Part shown: positions 1 through 11,369 of the stretch, piece after piece | Layout: every line of letters starts with the position of its first letter | Numbering within the stretch: position 1 is the stretch's first letter | Source of the DNA: Malacoraja senta | Lineage: Eukaryota | Reading direction: 5' to 3' | DNA length: 64,000 nt | NCBI GenBank assembly: GCA_038087875.1 | Contig: JAXLNO010000041.1 | Coordinates: 124,001 to 188,000, forward strand | Notes under the pieces: model-generated | The model's input: only the letters and a program-made list of their open reading frames with translations | Told to the model about the DNA's origin: nothing | Databases searched by the model: none | Program-made: the position numbers and the translations under genes

Positions 1-283
1 CGAAGCGTTAGAACACACCGGTGGTCCCCGTACGAATGCTCTACGATTCCCCTTTTCCTCCCCGGAAGCAATAACGTCGTCCAGTACGATGAAACGGATT
101 GGTTTATCTTTAAAGATAAATTACTCGGTAATTCCCAGCGCCTTTCCGCCCATCGTTATTTAGCTTTTAGGGGAGGGGTATGTTTGATGTCATTGTACCT
201 CATATCAGTATGAGGATGAGGGGTATTCTGAAGTATGAGCTGAGCTAGGTTATATTGTGTTATTAATCCCCGGACTCTTGCAG

Positions 284-590
284 GGAATTGTCGAGGCGAC
301 GCCGTTTCTCAGACACCGGCAGCGGTTACAGTGAGTGAAGGGGATGATACAAAATTGAGCTGCAAATATACAGCTACAAGCACGGTATCCCCTGGACTAA
401 TCTGGTACCGTCAGTATGCCGGCGGATGCCTTGAGTTTCTGCTGCTCAGAACGAAAATCGAAGCCGCCCAGAAGAACAGTGCCGGTGAACGTTTTTCTGC
501 GGAGCTCAACCATTCGACAGGAACGGTCCCGCTGACCGTGTCACAAACGCGGCTCCGAGACTCGGCGATGTATTACTGCGCACTGAACCC
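284..590 (+). CDS. TRAV/TRDV: TCR alpha/delta V segment V1 (family A), V exon only; leader exon upstream of window; intact ORF
   Basis: Acceptor ttgcag|284; 307-nt exon (G)NCRGDAVSQT...LSC...WYRQ...DSAMYYCALNP with Cys23, Trp41, Cys104; followed by 23-RSS. Confidence 0.9.
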
Positions 591-629
591 CACGGTGGCG
601 CAGTGGTGGGCTGAGCCTGCACAAAAACT
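591..629 (+). promoter_or_regulatory. 23-RSS of V1
   Basis: CACGGTG + 23 nt + ACAAAAACT. Confidence 0.9.
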
Positions 630-954
630 GCCAGTGCACCCACTCATGTATCACCGCGTCAGCGCAGCTTTGTCAGCATCGGCGCGTCCTCGTTGATTGC
701 TGCACCGTTCCCAACGCCAGTGTGTTTACTGTCATTAATACTCGATTTTTAAATATTAAAAACCCATGACAATTGGGTTGAAGAATAGCTTCTAACAAAC
801 AAATATTAGGTTCTTGAACTCTACACAGCACTGAAAAATGAACTATGAAATGTCTTCGCTTGCATTAAGCACTTCATTCATCTTATGCACATGGACTAGG
901 TTGTTAATTTATTGAATTTTGTTTATTGTATATTATACTTCAGGCCTTGCCCCT

Positions 955-1215
955 CCTGTGACGCCGTGGAACAGAAAACAAAGGAGGTTTGAAATGATTG
1001 GGCAACAAAAGCAATGACGTGATTGGCGGAATTAAGAAACTGAGTGAATTAGGGGAGTTGGAGAACAAATTAGCTCCGCGCCGACGGGATGTGACGCTGT
1101 CAAGAATAAGCCAACGAATGAAGAACCTAGACCACAGCCCTTTCACAATATCAGATTAAACCTGTTTCCGGGTGAGCGCATTTCAGTTCATATTCACTCT
1201 CAATGCAATTACAAC
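955..1215 (+). promoter_or_regulatory. Family-A V promoter (copy in front of V2; paralogous copies precede V4-V8)
   Basis: CRE half-sites TGACG (959, 1015, 1092), GATTGG CCAAT box, RUNX-type ACCACA at 1131-1136 (exactly -85 from ATG in V2, V4, V5, V6, V7, V8), ETS-type TTCCGG at 1166-1171. Function inferred from motif identity only. Confidence 0.55.
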
Positions 1216-2047
1216 ATGCTGGCCGTGACAATTTATTGGCTTCTTACAGCTGCAGCTCTTTTAACGGGTAAGTACAAGACGTTTCCAAGCCTGAATATTA
1301 TATTACTGTGGGGCATGGTATTTAATCAATAAAATGCCTTGCATGCAATGGAATGACTTTAGAAAGTGAGTCAGTGAGGGTACAATAAACGAAGAGTACA
1401 ATAAGAATATAGATGCAGTTCCGACCAAAGTGCTGTAAGGATTTTGAGATGAGTTTCCAGGTATATTAGACCACGCTCGTGTTCTAAGGTCGTGCGCTCA
1501 GCAATTCCTCTCCTCCTCCCGAGATGCAATGATCACGAGCAGGTGGCGAAGGAAAGGGGTGGATGATTTTTAAATATAGTTTCATTCGGTAATTCACAGC
1601 GCGTTTTCTCCCACCTTCATTTAGGTTTGAGTGCAGGGAGATCTTTGTTGCCGTTCTACCTCAGATCAGTACCAGGATAAGGTGAGCGTGAGCAGAATGC
1701 GGTGATATTCTTGTTTTTAACTTCGTTCCCGGACTCTTGCAGAGCATTGTCGAGGCGACGCCGTTTCTCAGACACCAGTAGTGGTAACAATGAGCGAAGG
1801 GGATGATGCCCAGTTGAACTGCAACTATACAGCTACAAGCACGAACAATCTTGTATTAATGTGGTACCGGCAGTATCCCGGCGAATCCCTTCAATTTCTG
1901 GTTCAGAACGAAATTCGAAGCCGCCCAGAAGAACAGTGCTGGAGAACGTTTGGCTGCGGAGCTCAACCATTTGACAGGAACAGTCCCGCTGACTGTGTCG
2001 CAAACGCGGCTCCGAGACGCGGCGATGTATTACTGCGCCCTGAGTCC
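1216..2047 (+). pseudogene. TRAV/TRDV: V2 (family A) frameshifted pseudogene
   Basis: Leader 1216-1267 MLAVTIYWLLTAAALLT(G)|GT; V exon 1743-2047 is 305 nt (2-nt deletion in FR2/CDR2: ctggttcaga vs ctgctgctcaga). Confidence 0.9.
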
Positions 2048-2074
2048 CACGGAGGCAGCGATTGTACATAAACT
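2048..2074 (+). promoter_or_regulatory. Aberrant RSS of V2 with 11-nt spacer
   Basis: CACGGAG + 11 nt + ACATAAACT. Confidence 0.7.
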
Positions 2075-2121
2075 ACCATTTCCGGATTTCAGTTCATATT
2101 CACTCTCCATGTAATTGAAAC

Positions 2122-2822
2122 ATGCTGTCATTGACTATTTATTCGCTTCTTATAGCTGCAGCTCTCTTAACCGGTGTGTTCACGACGTTTCCAAGCCTGT
2201 ATATTATGTTACTTTAGGGCATGATATCTCATCAATCAAATACATTGAATGCAATGGAATCACGTTAGAAAGCCATTCAATGGGAGGATAGTAAGTGAAG
2301 AGTACAAAGAGGAATATAGATGCAGTTCCTCAATAGGGATGTGAGGGGATTTGAGGCGTTTCCAGGTTAATAGCTGGAAACTGGCCCCGGCTGGGTAGAG
2401 TCCTGCAGTTGGAACACACCGGTGTTCTACGTAGGAGCGCTCTACGATTCCCCTTTTCCTTCCGGGACGCAATGATGACGAGCGGAGTGCGATGGAAAGG
2501 GTTGGATGATCTTTAAAGATAATTTCATTCGGTAATTGCCAGCGCCTACCCCCCAGCTTTATGTAGCTTTTAGGGGAGGGGTATCATTAATGCCATTGCA
2601 CCTCGAATCAGTACCAGGATAGGGGGTATTTTCGAATATGAACACAGTAAGGTGATGTTCCGTTGTTTAACTTCGTCCCCGGATTCTTGCAGGGCATTGT
2701 CGAGGCGACGCCGTTTCTCAGACCCCAGCAATGATAACAGTGAGTGAAGGCGATGACGCACCGTTGAAGTGCAACTACACAGCTACAATCACGAGCAATC
2801 TTGGACTAATCTGGTACCGTCA
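2122..2822 (+). pseudogene. TRAV/TRDV: V3 (family A) truncated pseudogene
   Basis: Leader 2122-2173 MLSLTIYSLLIAAALLT(G); V exon starts 2693 and breaks off after ...LGLIWYR at ~2822 at a MITE; 3' half and RSS absent; most of the promoter deleted. Confidence 0.85.
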
Positions 2823-2823
2823 T

Positions 2824-3093
2824 GGCCCTGTCCCACGGTGCGAGTCCACCCACGTGTGATCCCGAGTTTAAAACAAATCAAACTCGTGGTAATCACGTAG
2901 CGGGAACGTCGGAACTCGTAACTCTAACGGCAGGTACTCGGGAAACTTGTTAACTCGTGAAAATCTTTCAACATGCTGAAAGATTTCCACGAGTCAGAGT
3001 TACTCTTGAAGTAAAAAAATTAAACTTTTAAACTCGTTGTAAGAACGTAGTAGCCCGTGAGTTTACCGTAGTGACTCGTGAGTCTACCGTGGG
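2824..3093. mobile_element. MITE-like non-autonomous DNA transposon (probably PIF/Harbinger type), right end truncated
   Basis: Left end GGCCCTGTCCCACGGT resembles the TIR of the 55795 element; partial right TIR ACCGTGGG at 3086-3093; internal 18-bp stem hairpin 2953-2994. Confidence 0.6.
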
Positions 3094-3695
3094 CACTCTT
3101 TAACTCAGCTGGACAGGCAGCATCTCTGCAGAGATGGAATGGGTGACGGGATGACGTTTCCAAAATTCTGCTGCGTCTTTGTGTTACTCCAGCACTGTGT
3201 GTTCACTTTTTGTCAACCAGCATCTGCCCTTTCTTGTGTATGACATTATTTGTATCCGTGGCAGTTGATTGTCGCTCAAATACCAGGCTTTTAAACACGG
3301 CAGAACACTAACCTATGAACTATGAACTGTCTTTCGGTGCACTTAGCAATTCAAGCTTTTTAATGCACATGGATTACGTTATTAATTTATTGTATTTTGT
3401 TTATTATTTATCATACTTCAGGCCTTGTCTCTCCTGTGACTTCATGAAACAGAAAACAAAGGAGGTTTGAGATGATTGGCAACTGAGAAGCAGTGAGTTG
3501 ATTGGCGGAATTCAGCGAGTGAGGTAAGTCGGGGGGGTTGGAGAACACATTCGCTCTGTGCCGAGGGGATGTGCCGTCGTCAAAAATAAACCAATGAATT
3601 GAGAACCTAGACCACAGCTCTTTCACAATATCCGATTAAACATATTTCCCGATGAGAACATTTCAGTTCATATTCACTCTCAAAGCAATCACAAC

Positions 3696-4438
3696 ATGTT
3701 GGCCGTGATTATTTATTCTCTTCTTGCAGCTGCAGCTCTCTTAACCGGTAGGTGCACGGCGTTTCCGACCCTGGATATTATATTACTACGGGGCATGATA
3801 TTTAATCAATCAACTAGTTTGAATGCAATAGAATGACTTAAGAAAGGGAGTCACACCCATGTTCTACGGACGAGTGCTGAAAGATTCTCTTTTCTCCCTC
3901 CCAAGACAGAATGATGACGAGCAGAGGGCAATGGAAAGGGTTACATGATCTTTAAAGACAATTTAATTCAGTAATTCCCAGTGCTTTCCCGCCACCTTGA
4001 TGTGGGTTTTAGGGGAGAGTATTCTTTGCTGCCGTTGTGCCTCAGATCAGTATCAAGATATGCGGCATTTTCCAGTATCAACATATTGGGATAATGCAAT
4101 GTAATTTAATTTCTTTCCCTGGCCCTTGCAGGACATTGTCGAGGCGATGCCGTTTCTCAGACACCAGTAGTGGAAACAGTAAATGAAGGGGATGATGCCC
4201 AGTTGAATTGCAACTATACAGCTACAAGCACGAGCGTCCCTGGACTAATCTGGTACCGTCAGTATCCCGGCGGATCCCTTGAGTTTCTGCTGCTCAGAAC
4301 GACATTCAAAGGCGGCCAGAAGAACAATGCCGGGGAACGTTTTTCTGCGGAGCTCAACCATTTGACAGGAACGGTCCCGCTGACCGTGTCACAAACGCGG
4401 CTCCGAGACTCGGCCATGTATTACTGCGCTCTGAACCC
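3696..4438 (+). CDS. TRAV/TRDV: V4 (family A): intact ORF, but RSS heptamer mutated (probably non-rearranging)
   Basis: Leader 3696-3747; V exon 4132-4438 (307 nt) ...LNC...WYRQ...DSAMYYCALNP. Confidence 0.85.
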
Positions 4439-4477
4439 TACGGTGGCGCAGAATTGGGCTGAGCCTGTACAAAAATT
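4439..4477 (+). promoter_or_regulatory. Defective 23-RSS of V4
   Basis: TACGGTG + 23 nt + ACAAAAATT (CAC changed to TAC). Confidence 0.8.
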
Positions 4478-5050
4478 ATCTGAGAACCCCGTCAGGAATC
4501 AGCGCGTAAGCGCAGCTTTGTCAGCATCGGCGCGTCCTCGTTGATTGCTGCACCCGTCCCAACGCCAGTGTGGTTGCTGCCATTAATACTCGATTTTTAA
4601 ACATTAAAAACCCATGACAATTGAGTTGAAGAATAGCTTCTAACAAACAGACATTAGGTTCGTGAACACTCCACAGCACTAACAGATGAACTATGAACTG
4701 TCTGTGGTTGCATTAAGCAGTTCATAACTTATCCACATGGACTAGGTTGTTAATTTATTGAATTGTGTTTATTATTTGTCATACTGCATACTATGACGCC
4801 ATGGGACAGAAAACAAAGGAGGTTTGAGATGATTGGGCATCAAAAGCAATGATGCGATTGGCGGAATTAAGAAACAATGTTAATTCGGGGAGTTGGAGAA
4901 CAAATTAGCTCTTCGCTGATGGGACGTGACGCTGTCAAGAATAAGCCAATGAATAGAGAGCCGAGACCACAGCTCTTTCACAATATCAGATTAAACCTGT
5001 TTCCGTGTGAGACCATTTTGGTTCATATTCACTCTCAATGCAATTACAAC

Positions 5051-5921
5051 ATGCTGACCGTGACAATTTATTGTCTTCTTGCAGCTGCAGCTCTCTTAAC
5101 GGGTAAGTTCAGGACGTTTCGAAGCCTGTACATTATATTACTGTAGGGCATGGTATTTAATCAATGAAATACTCTGCATGCAATAGAATGACTTTAGAAT
5201 GGGAATCAGCGAGAGGACTAAACGAAGAGCACAATAAGAATATAGATGCTGTTCCCCACAAAGTGATGTTAGGAAATTTGAGGTGAATTCCCAGAAATAT
5301 TGTTGGAAACCAGCGCCTATGGTGAAGCATCGGAGAGTTAGAAAACTCCCTTGTGCTAAGTACTAGCGCTCAGCGATTCCTCTTCCCCTCTCGAGATCCA
5401 ATGATGACGAGCAGATGGCGATGGAAAGGGGCGGATGATTTTTTAAAGATAATTTCATTCGGTTATTCACAGCGCCTTTCCCCCCCATCTTTATTTAGCT
5501 TTTAGGGGAGGGAGATCTTTGTTGCCGTTCTACCTCAGATCAGTATAATTAATATGAATATGAGCAGAATGAGGTGATGTTGTGTTTTCTAACCTCGTAC
5601 CCGGGCTCTTGCAGGATATTGTAGAGGCGACGCCGTTTCTCAGACACCAGTAGTGGTAACAGTGAGTGAAGGGGAAGATGCACAGTTGAACTGCAACTAT
5701 ACAACTGCAAGCACGAGCATTCTTGGACTAATCTGGTACCGTCAGTATCCCGGCGGATCCCTTGAGTTTCTGCTGCTCAGAACGAAAATCGAAGCCGTCC
5801 AGAAGAACAATGCTGGAGAACGTTTTTCTGCGGAGCTCAACCATTCGACAGGAACGGTCCCGCTGACGGTATCACAAACGCGGCTCCGAGACGCGGCAAT
5901 GTATTACTGCGCCCTGAACCC
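5051..5921 (+). CDS. TRAV/TRDV: V5 (family A), apparently functional
   Basis: Leader 5051-5102 MLTVTIYCLLAAAALLT(G); V exon 5615-5921 (307 nt), Cys-Trp-Cys intact. Confidence 0.9.
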
Positions 5922-5960
5922 CACGGTGGCGCAGAATTGGGCTGAGCCTGCACAAAAACT
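5922..5960 (+). promoter_or_regulatory. 23-RSS of V5
   Basis: CACGGTG + 23 nt + ACAAAAACT. Confidence 0.9.
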
Positions 5961-6545
5961 ACCAGTGCACCCACTCATGTATCACCGCGTAAACACAACT
6001 TTCTCAGCATCGGCGCGTCCTCGTTGATTGCTGCACCCGTCCCATCGCCAGTGTGTTTGCTGTCATTAATACTCGATTTTTAAATATTAAAAAACCCATG
6101 ACAATTAGGTTGAAGAATAGCTTCTAACAAACAAATATTAGGTTCTTGAACACTCCAAAGCACTAACAGAAGAACTATGAAATGTCTTCGGTTGCATTAA
6201 GCATTTCATGCATCTTATGCACATGGACTTGGTTGTTAATTTATTGAATTTTGTTTATTGTTTATTATACTTCAGGCCTTGCCCCTCCTGTGACGCCATG
6301 GAACAGAAAAAAGGAGGGTTGAGATGATTGGCCAACAAAAGCAATGGTGTGATTGGCGGAATTAAGAAACTGAGTTAATTCGGGGAGTTGGAGAACAAAT
6401 TAGCTCCGCGCCAACAGGATGTGACGCTGTCACGAATAAGCCAATCAATGAAGAGCCTAGACCACAGCTCTTTCACAATATCAGATTAAACCTGTTTCCG
6501 GGTGAGCGCATTTCAGTTCATATTCACTCTCAATGCAATTACAAC

Positions 6546-7403
6546 ATGCTGGCCTTGACAATGTATTGGCTTCTTACAGCTGCAGCTCTCTTAACCGGTA
6601 AGTTCCCGACGTTTCCAATAATGTAGGGCATGATATTTAAGCAACCAAATACCTTGAATGCAACAGAACGACTTTAGAAAAGGAGTCCGTCTGAGGACAG
6701 TAAACGATGAGCGCAGTAGGATAAAAGATGCAGTTTCACAGTAATTGATGTTCGGAAATTTGATGTGAGTTTCCACGTTAATTGTTGGAAAGCAGCCCCG
6801 ACGGAGAAGCATCGAAGCGTTAGAACCCACCGGTGGTCCCCGTACGAGTGCTCTACGATTCCCCTTTTCCTCCCCGGAAGCAATAACAACGTCCAGTACG
6901 ATGGAACGGGTTGGATTATCTTTAAAGATAAATTTATTCGGTAATTCCCAGCGCCTTTCCGCCCAGCTTTATTTAGCTTTTAGGGGAGGGGTATGTTTGA
7001 TGTCATTGTACCTCATATCAGTATGAGGATGAGGGGTATTCTGAAGTATGAGCTGAGTTAGGTGATGTTGTGTTATTTATCCCCGGACTCTTGCAGGGAA
7101 TTGTCGAGGCGACGCCGTTTCTCAGTCAACGGCAGCGGTTACAGTGAGTGAAGGGGATGATACAAAATTGAGCTGCAACTATACAGCTACAAGCACGGTC
7201 ACTCCTGGACTGATCTGGTACCGTCGGTATCCCGGCGGATCCCTTGAGTTTCTGCTGCTCAGAACGAAAATCGAAGCCGTCCAGAAGAACAATGCTGGAG
7301 AACGTTTTTCTGCGGAGCTCAACCATTCGACAGGAACGGTCCCGCTGACGGTATCACAAACGCGGCTCCGAGACGCGGCAATGTATTACTGCGCCCTGAA
7401 CCC
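6546..7403 (+). CDS. TRAV/TRDV: V6 (family A), apparently functional
   Basis: Leader 6546-6597; V exon 7097-7403 (307 nt). Confidence 0.9.
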
Positions 7404-7442
7404 CACGGTGGCGCAGAATTGGGCTGAGCCTGCACAAAAACT
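7404..7442 (+). promoter_or_regulatory. 23-RSS of V6
   Basis: CACGGTG + 23 nt + ACAAAAACT. Confidence 0.9.
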
Positions 7443-8018
7443 ACCAGTGCACCCACTCATGTATCACCGCGTAAACACAACTTTCTCAGCATCGGCGCGT
7501 CCTCGTTGATTGCTGCACCCGTCCCATCGCCAGTGTCATTAATACTCGATTTTTAAATATTAAAAAACCCATGACAATTGGGTTGAAGAATAGCTTCTAA
7601 CAAACAAATATTAGGTTCTTGAACACTACACAGCACTAACAGAAGAACTATGAAATGTCTTCGGTTGCATTAAGCATTTCATGCATCTTATGCACATGGA
7701 CTTGGTTGTTAATTTATTGAATTTTGTTTATTGTATATTATACTTCAGGCCTTGCCCCTCCTGTGACGCCATGGAACAGAAAAAAGGAGGGTTGAGATGA
7801 TTGGCCAACAAAAGCAATGGTGTGATTGGCGGAATTAAGAAACTGAGTTAATTCGGGGAGTTGGAGAACAAATTAGCTCCGCGCCGACAGGATGAGACGC
7901 TGTCACGAATAAGCCAATGAATGAAGAGCCTAGACCACAGCTCTTTCACAATATCAGATTAAACCTGTTTCCGGGTGAGCGCATTTCAGTTCATATTCAC
8001 TCTCAATGCAATTACAAC

Positions 8019-8876
8019 ATGCTGGCCTTGACAATGTATTGGCTTCTTACAGCTGCAGCTCTCTTAACCGGTAAGTTCACGACGTTTCCAATAATGTAGG
8101 GCATGATATTTAAGCAACCAAATACCTTGAATGCAACAGAACGACTTTAGAAAAGGAGTCCGTCTGAGGACAGTAAACGATGAGCGCAGTAGGATAAAAG
8201 ATGCAGTTTCACAGTAATTGATGTTCGGAAATTTGATGTGAGTTTGCACGTTAATTGTTGGAAAGCAGCCCCGACGGAGAAGCATCGAAGCGTTAGAACA
8301 CACCGGTGGTCCCCGTACGAGTGCTCTACGATTCCCCTTTTCCTCCCCGGAAGCAATAACAACGTCCAGTACGATGGAACGGGCTGGATTATCTTTAAAG
8401 ATAAATTTATTCGGTAATTCCCAGCGCCTTTCCGCCCATCTTTATTTAGCTTTTAGGGGAGGGGTATGTTTGATGTCATTGTACCTCATATCAGTATGAG
8501 GATGAGGGGTATTCTGAAGTATGAGCTGAGTTAGGTGATGTTGTGTTATTTATCCCCGGACTCTTGCAGGGAATTGTCGAGGCGACGCCGTTTCTCAGTC
8601 AACGGCAGCGGTTACAGTGAGTGAAGGGGATGATACAAAATTGAGCTGCAACTATACAGCTACAAGCACGGTCACTCCTGGACTGATCTGGTACCGTCGG
8701 TATCCCGGCGGATCCCTTGAGTTTCTTCTGCTGAGAACGACATTCAAAGGCGGCCAGAAGAGCAATGCCGGGGAACGTTTTTCTGCGGAGCTCAAACATT
8801 TGAGAGGAACGGTCCCGCTGACCGTGTCACAAATGCGGCTCCGAGACTCGGCGATGTATTACTGCGCTCCGAACCC
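8019..8876 (+). CDS. TRAV/TRDV: V7 (family A), apparently functional, mosaic of V6-like 5' and V4-like 3' halves
   Basis: Leader 8019-8070; V exon 8570-8876 (307 nt) ending DSAMYYCAPNP. Confidence 0.88.
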
Positions 8877-8915
8877 CACGGTAGCGCAGAAATGGGCTGA
8901 GCCTGTACAAAAATT
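8877..8915 (+). promoter_or_regulatory. 23-RSS of V7
   Basis: CACGGTA + 23 nt + ACAAAAATT. Confidence 0.85.
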
Positions 8916-9488
8916 ATCTGAGAACCCCGTCAGGAATCAGCGCGTAAGCGCAGCTTTGTCAGCATCGGCGCGTCCTCGTTGATTGCTGCACCCGTCCCAA
9001 CGCCAGTGTGGTTGCTGCCATTAATACTCGATTTTTAAACATTAAAAACCCATGACAATTGAGTTGAACAATAGCTTCTAACAAACAGACATTAGGTTCG
9101 TGAACACTCCACAGCACTAACAGATGAACTATGAACTGTCTGTGGTTGCATTAAGCAGTTCATAACTTATGCACATGGACTAGGTTGTTAATTGATTGAA
9201 TTGTGTTTATTATTTCTCATACTGCATACGATGACGCCATGGGACAGAACGCAAAGGAGGTTTGAGATGATTGGGCAACAAATGCAGGGATGTGATTGGC
9301 GGAATTAAGAAACTGAGTTATTACGGGGAGTTGGAGAACAAATTAGCTCCGCGCCGACGGGATGTGACGCTGTCAAGAATAAGCCAACGAATGAAGAACC
9401 TAGACCACAGCCCTTTCACAATATCAGATTAAACCTGTTTCCGGGTGAGCGCATTTCAGTTCATATTCACTCTCAATGCAATTACAAC

Positions 9489-10320
9489 ATGCTGGCCGTG
9501 ACAATTTATTGGCTTCTTACAGCTGCAGCTCTTTTAACGGGTAAGTACAAGACGTTTCCAAGCCTGAATATTATATTACTGTAGGGCATGGTATTTAATC
9601 AATAAAATGCCTTGCATGCAATGGAATGACTTTAGAAAGTGAGTCAGTGAGGGAACAATAAACGAAGAGTACAATAAGAATATAGATGCAGTTCCGACCA
9701 AAGTGCTGTAAGGATTTTGAGATGAGTTTCCAGGTATATTAGACCACGCTCGTGTTCTAAGGTCGTGCGCTCAGCAATTCCTCTCCTCCTCCCGAGATGC
9801 AATGATGACGAGCAGGTGGCGATGGAAAGGGGTGGATGATTTTTAAATATAGTTTCATTCGGTAATTCACAGCCCGTTTTCTCCCACCTTCATTTAGGTT
9901 TGAGTGCAGGGAGATCTTTGTTGCCGTTCTACCTCAGATCAGTACCAGGATAAGGTGAGCGTGAGCAGAATGCGGTGATATTCTTGTTTTTAACTCCGTT
10001 CCCGGACTCTTGCAGAGCATTGTCGAGGCGACGCCGTTTCTCAGACACCAGTAGTGGTAACAATGAGCGAAGGGGATGATGCCCAGTTGAACTGCAACTA
10101 TACAGCTACAAGCACGAACAATCTTGTATTAATATGGTACCGGCAGTATCCCGGCGGATCCCTTCAATTTCTGGTTCAGAACGAAATTCGAAGCCGCCCA
10201 GAAGAACAGTGCTGGAGAACGTTTGGCTGCGGAGCTCAACCATTTGACAGGAACAGTCCCGCTGACTGTGTCGCAAACGCGGCTCCGAGACGCGGCGACG
10301 TATTACTGCGCCCTGAGTCC
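9489..10320 (+). pseudogene. TRAV/TRDV: V8 (family A) frameshifted pseudogene, duplicate of V2
   Basis: Leader 9489-9540; V exon 10016-10320 (305 nt) with the same 2-nt deletion as V2; constant offset 8273 from V2. Confidence 0.9.
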
Positions 10321-10347
10321 CACGGAGGCAGCGATTGTACATAAACT
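10321..10347 (+). promoter_or_regulatory. Aberrant RSS of V8 with 11-nt spacer
   Basis: CACGGAG + 11 nt + ACATAAACT. Confidence 0.7.
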
Positions 10348-11369
10348 ACCAGACCACGCAGTCAAGTATCAGCGCGTAAGCACAACTTTGTCAACATGGG
10401 CGCGTCCTCGCTGATTGCTGTACCCGTCCCAACCCGTCCCATGCCATTAATACCGGATTTTTTAAATATTAGAACCACCCTACAATTGGGTTGAAGAATA
10501 CACACAGGCCTCTAATGCGGCTGCAAGTAACAATGTCATTCATCCATTGTTGTTTAAACAGGCTTCACGGTCACCCTTGCGTCTTGATCCAAAGGTCCTC
10601 AGCAGGTCTTTTGAGAACCTGCTCCCCTGCCCACTCGACCTTTAAATTCCAGATCGCAGCTACTCACGACCTGATGGAAAGCATAATTTACACATATTGA
10701 GTAAGAGCATGAACTTCCTTCAAGCATATGATTGAGCGTGGACATCTTGCTCTCATTCGCAATTGATCATTCAATGAAATGCACATAAAACGTTAACTTT
10801 AAATTTGACATATTACTTCAGAACCTCGAGCAAGACTCAAAGTGGTGGAGTAACTCATAGCGTCAGGCACCACACTATTGGGCATGGGAAAGCGATGTTT
10901 CGGGTCAGGACAATTCTTCAAGGTCGTGTGGACGATGTCATCCAGGAATGGTCCCTGAACCGCTGTTATTTCAGCACTTGATGATTAGCTCAGAATTCCG
11001 GTATGTACAGTTGCTTTTTTCTTATCTTTTTTTCACGTCCTCCTCGCCCGAGGCACAGCGCCCCCCTGTGGATTATTCGGTAGCGAGAATCTCACCTCCT
11101 GGGTGCGAGAAACCGCTGTGACAGGTGACGAGCGGTCGGCTGCACTACTTCCCCAGGAAGCGCATTTGGATTTGCAGTACCACCTTATCCGAGGGCAACG
11201 CTAGCACAAACTAAGCGACCCTTTGATGTCCATCTATTCTCTGTCCGCTACGGACACCCGGCGCTCCCGGTTGCTAATTCTATACGCCTCACCATTCCCA
11301 AGCCAACCTGCCATTTCCTTGGCTTTCTCCACTGCTAGCGTGAGGCCAAACGGAAAAAAGAGGAACTTT

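Noticed and set aside
289-300. CRGD (integrin-binding-like) motif at the start of family-A V exons
   Set aside because: It straddles the predicted signal-peptide cleavage site (CRG/DAVSQ), so it would not survive in the mature protein.
430-432. Extra Cys in FR2 of V1 (GGCLEF), suggesting a non-canonical disulfide
   Set aside because: Single unpaired substitution (TCC to TGC) seen in one copy only, with no partner Cys in the germline CDRs.
1-10350. Regularly spaced repeats suggesting a CRISPR-like array
   Set aside because: The period is about 1.45 kb and the repeated unit is a whole spliced V gene in a vertebrate genome.
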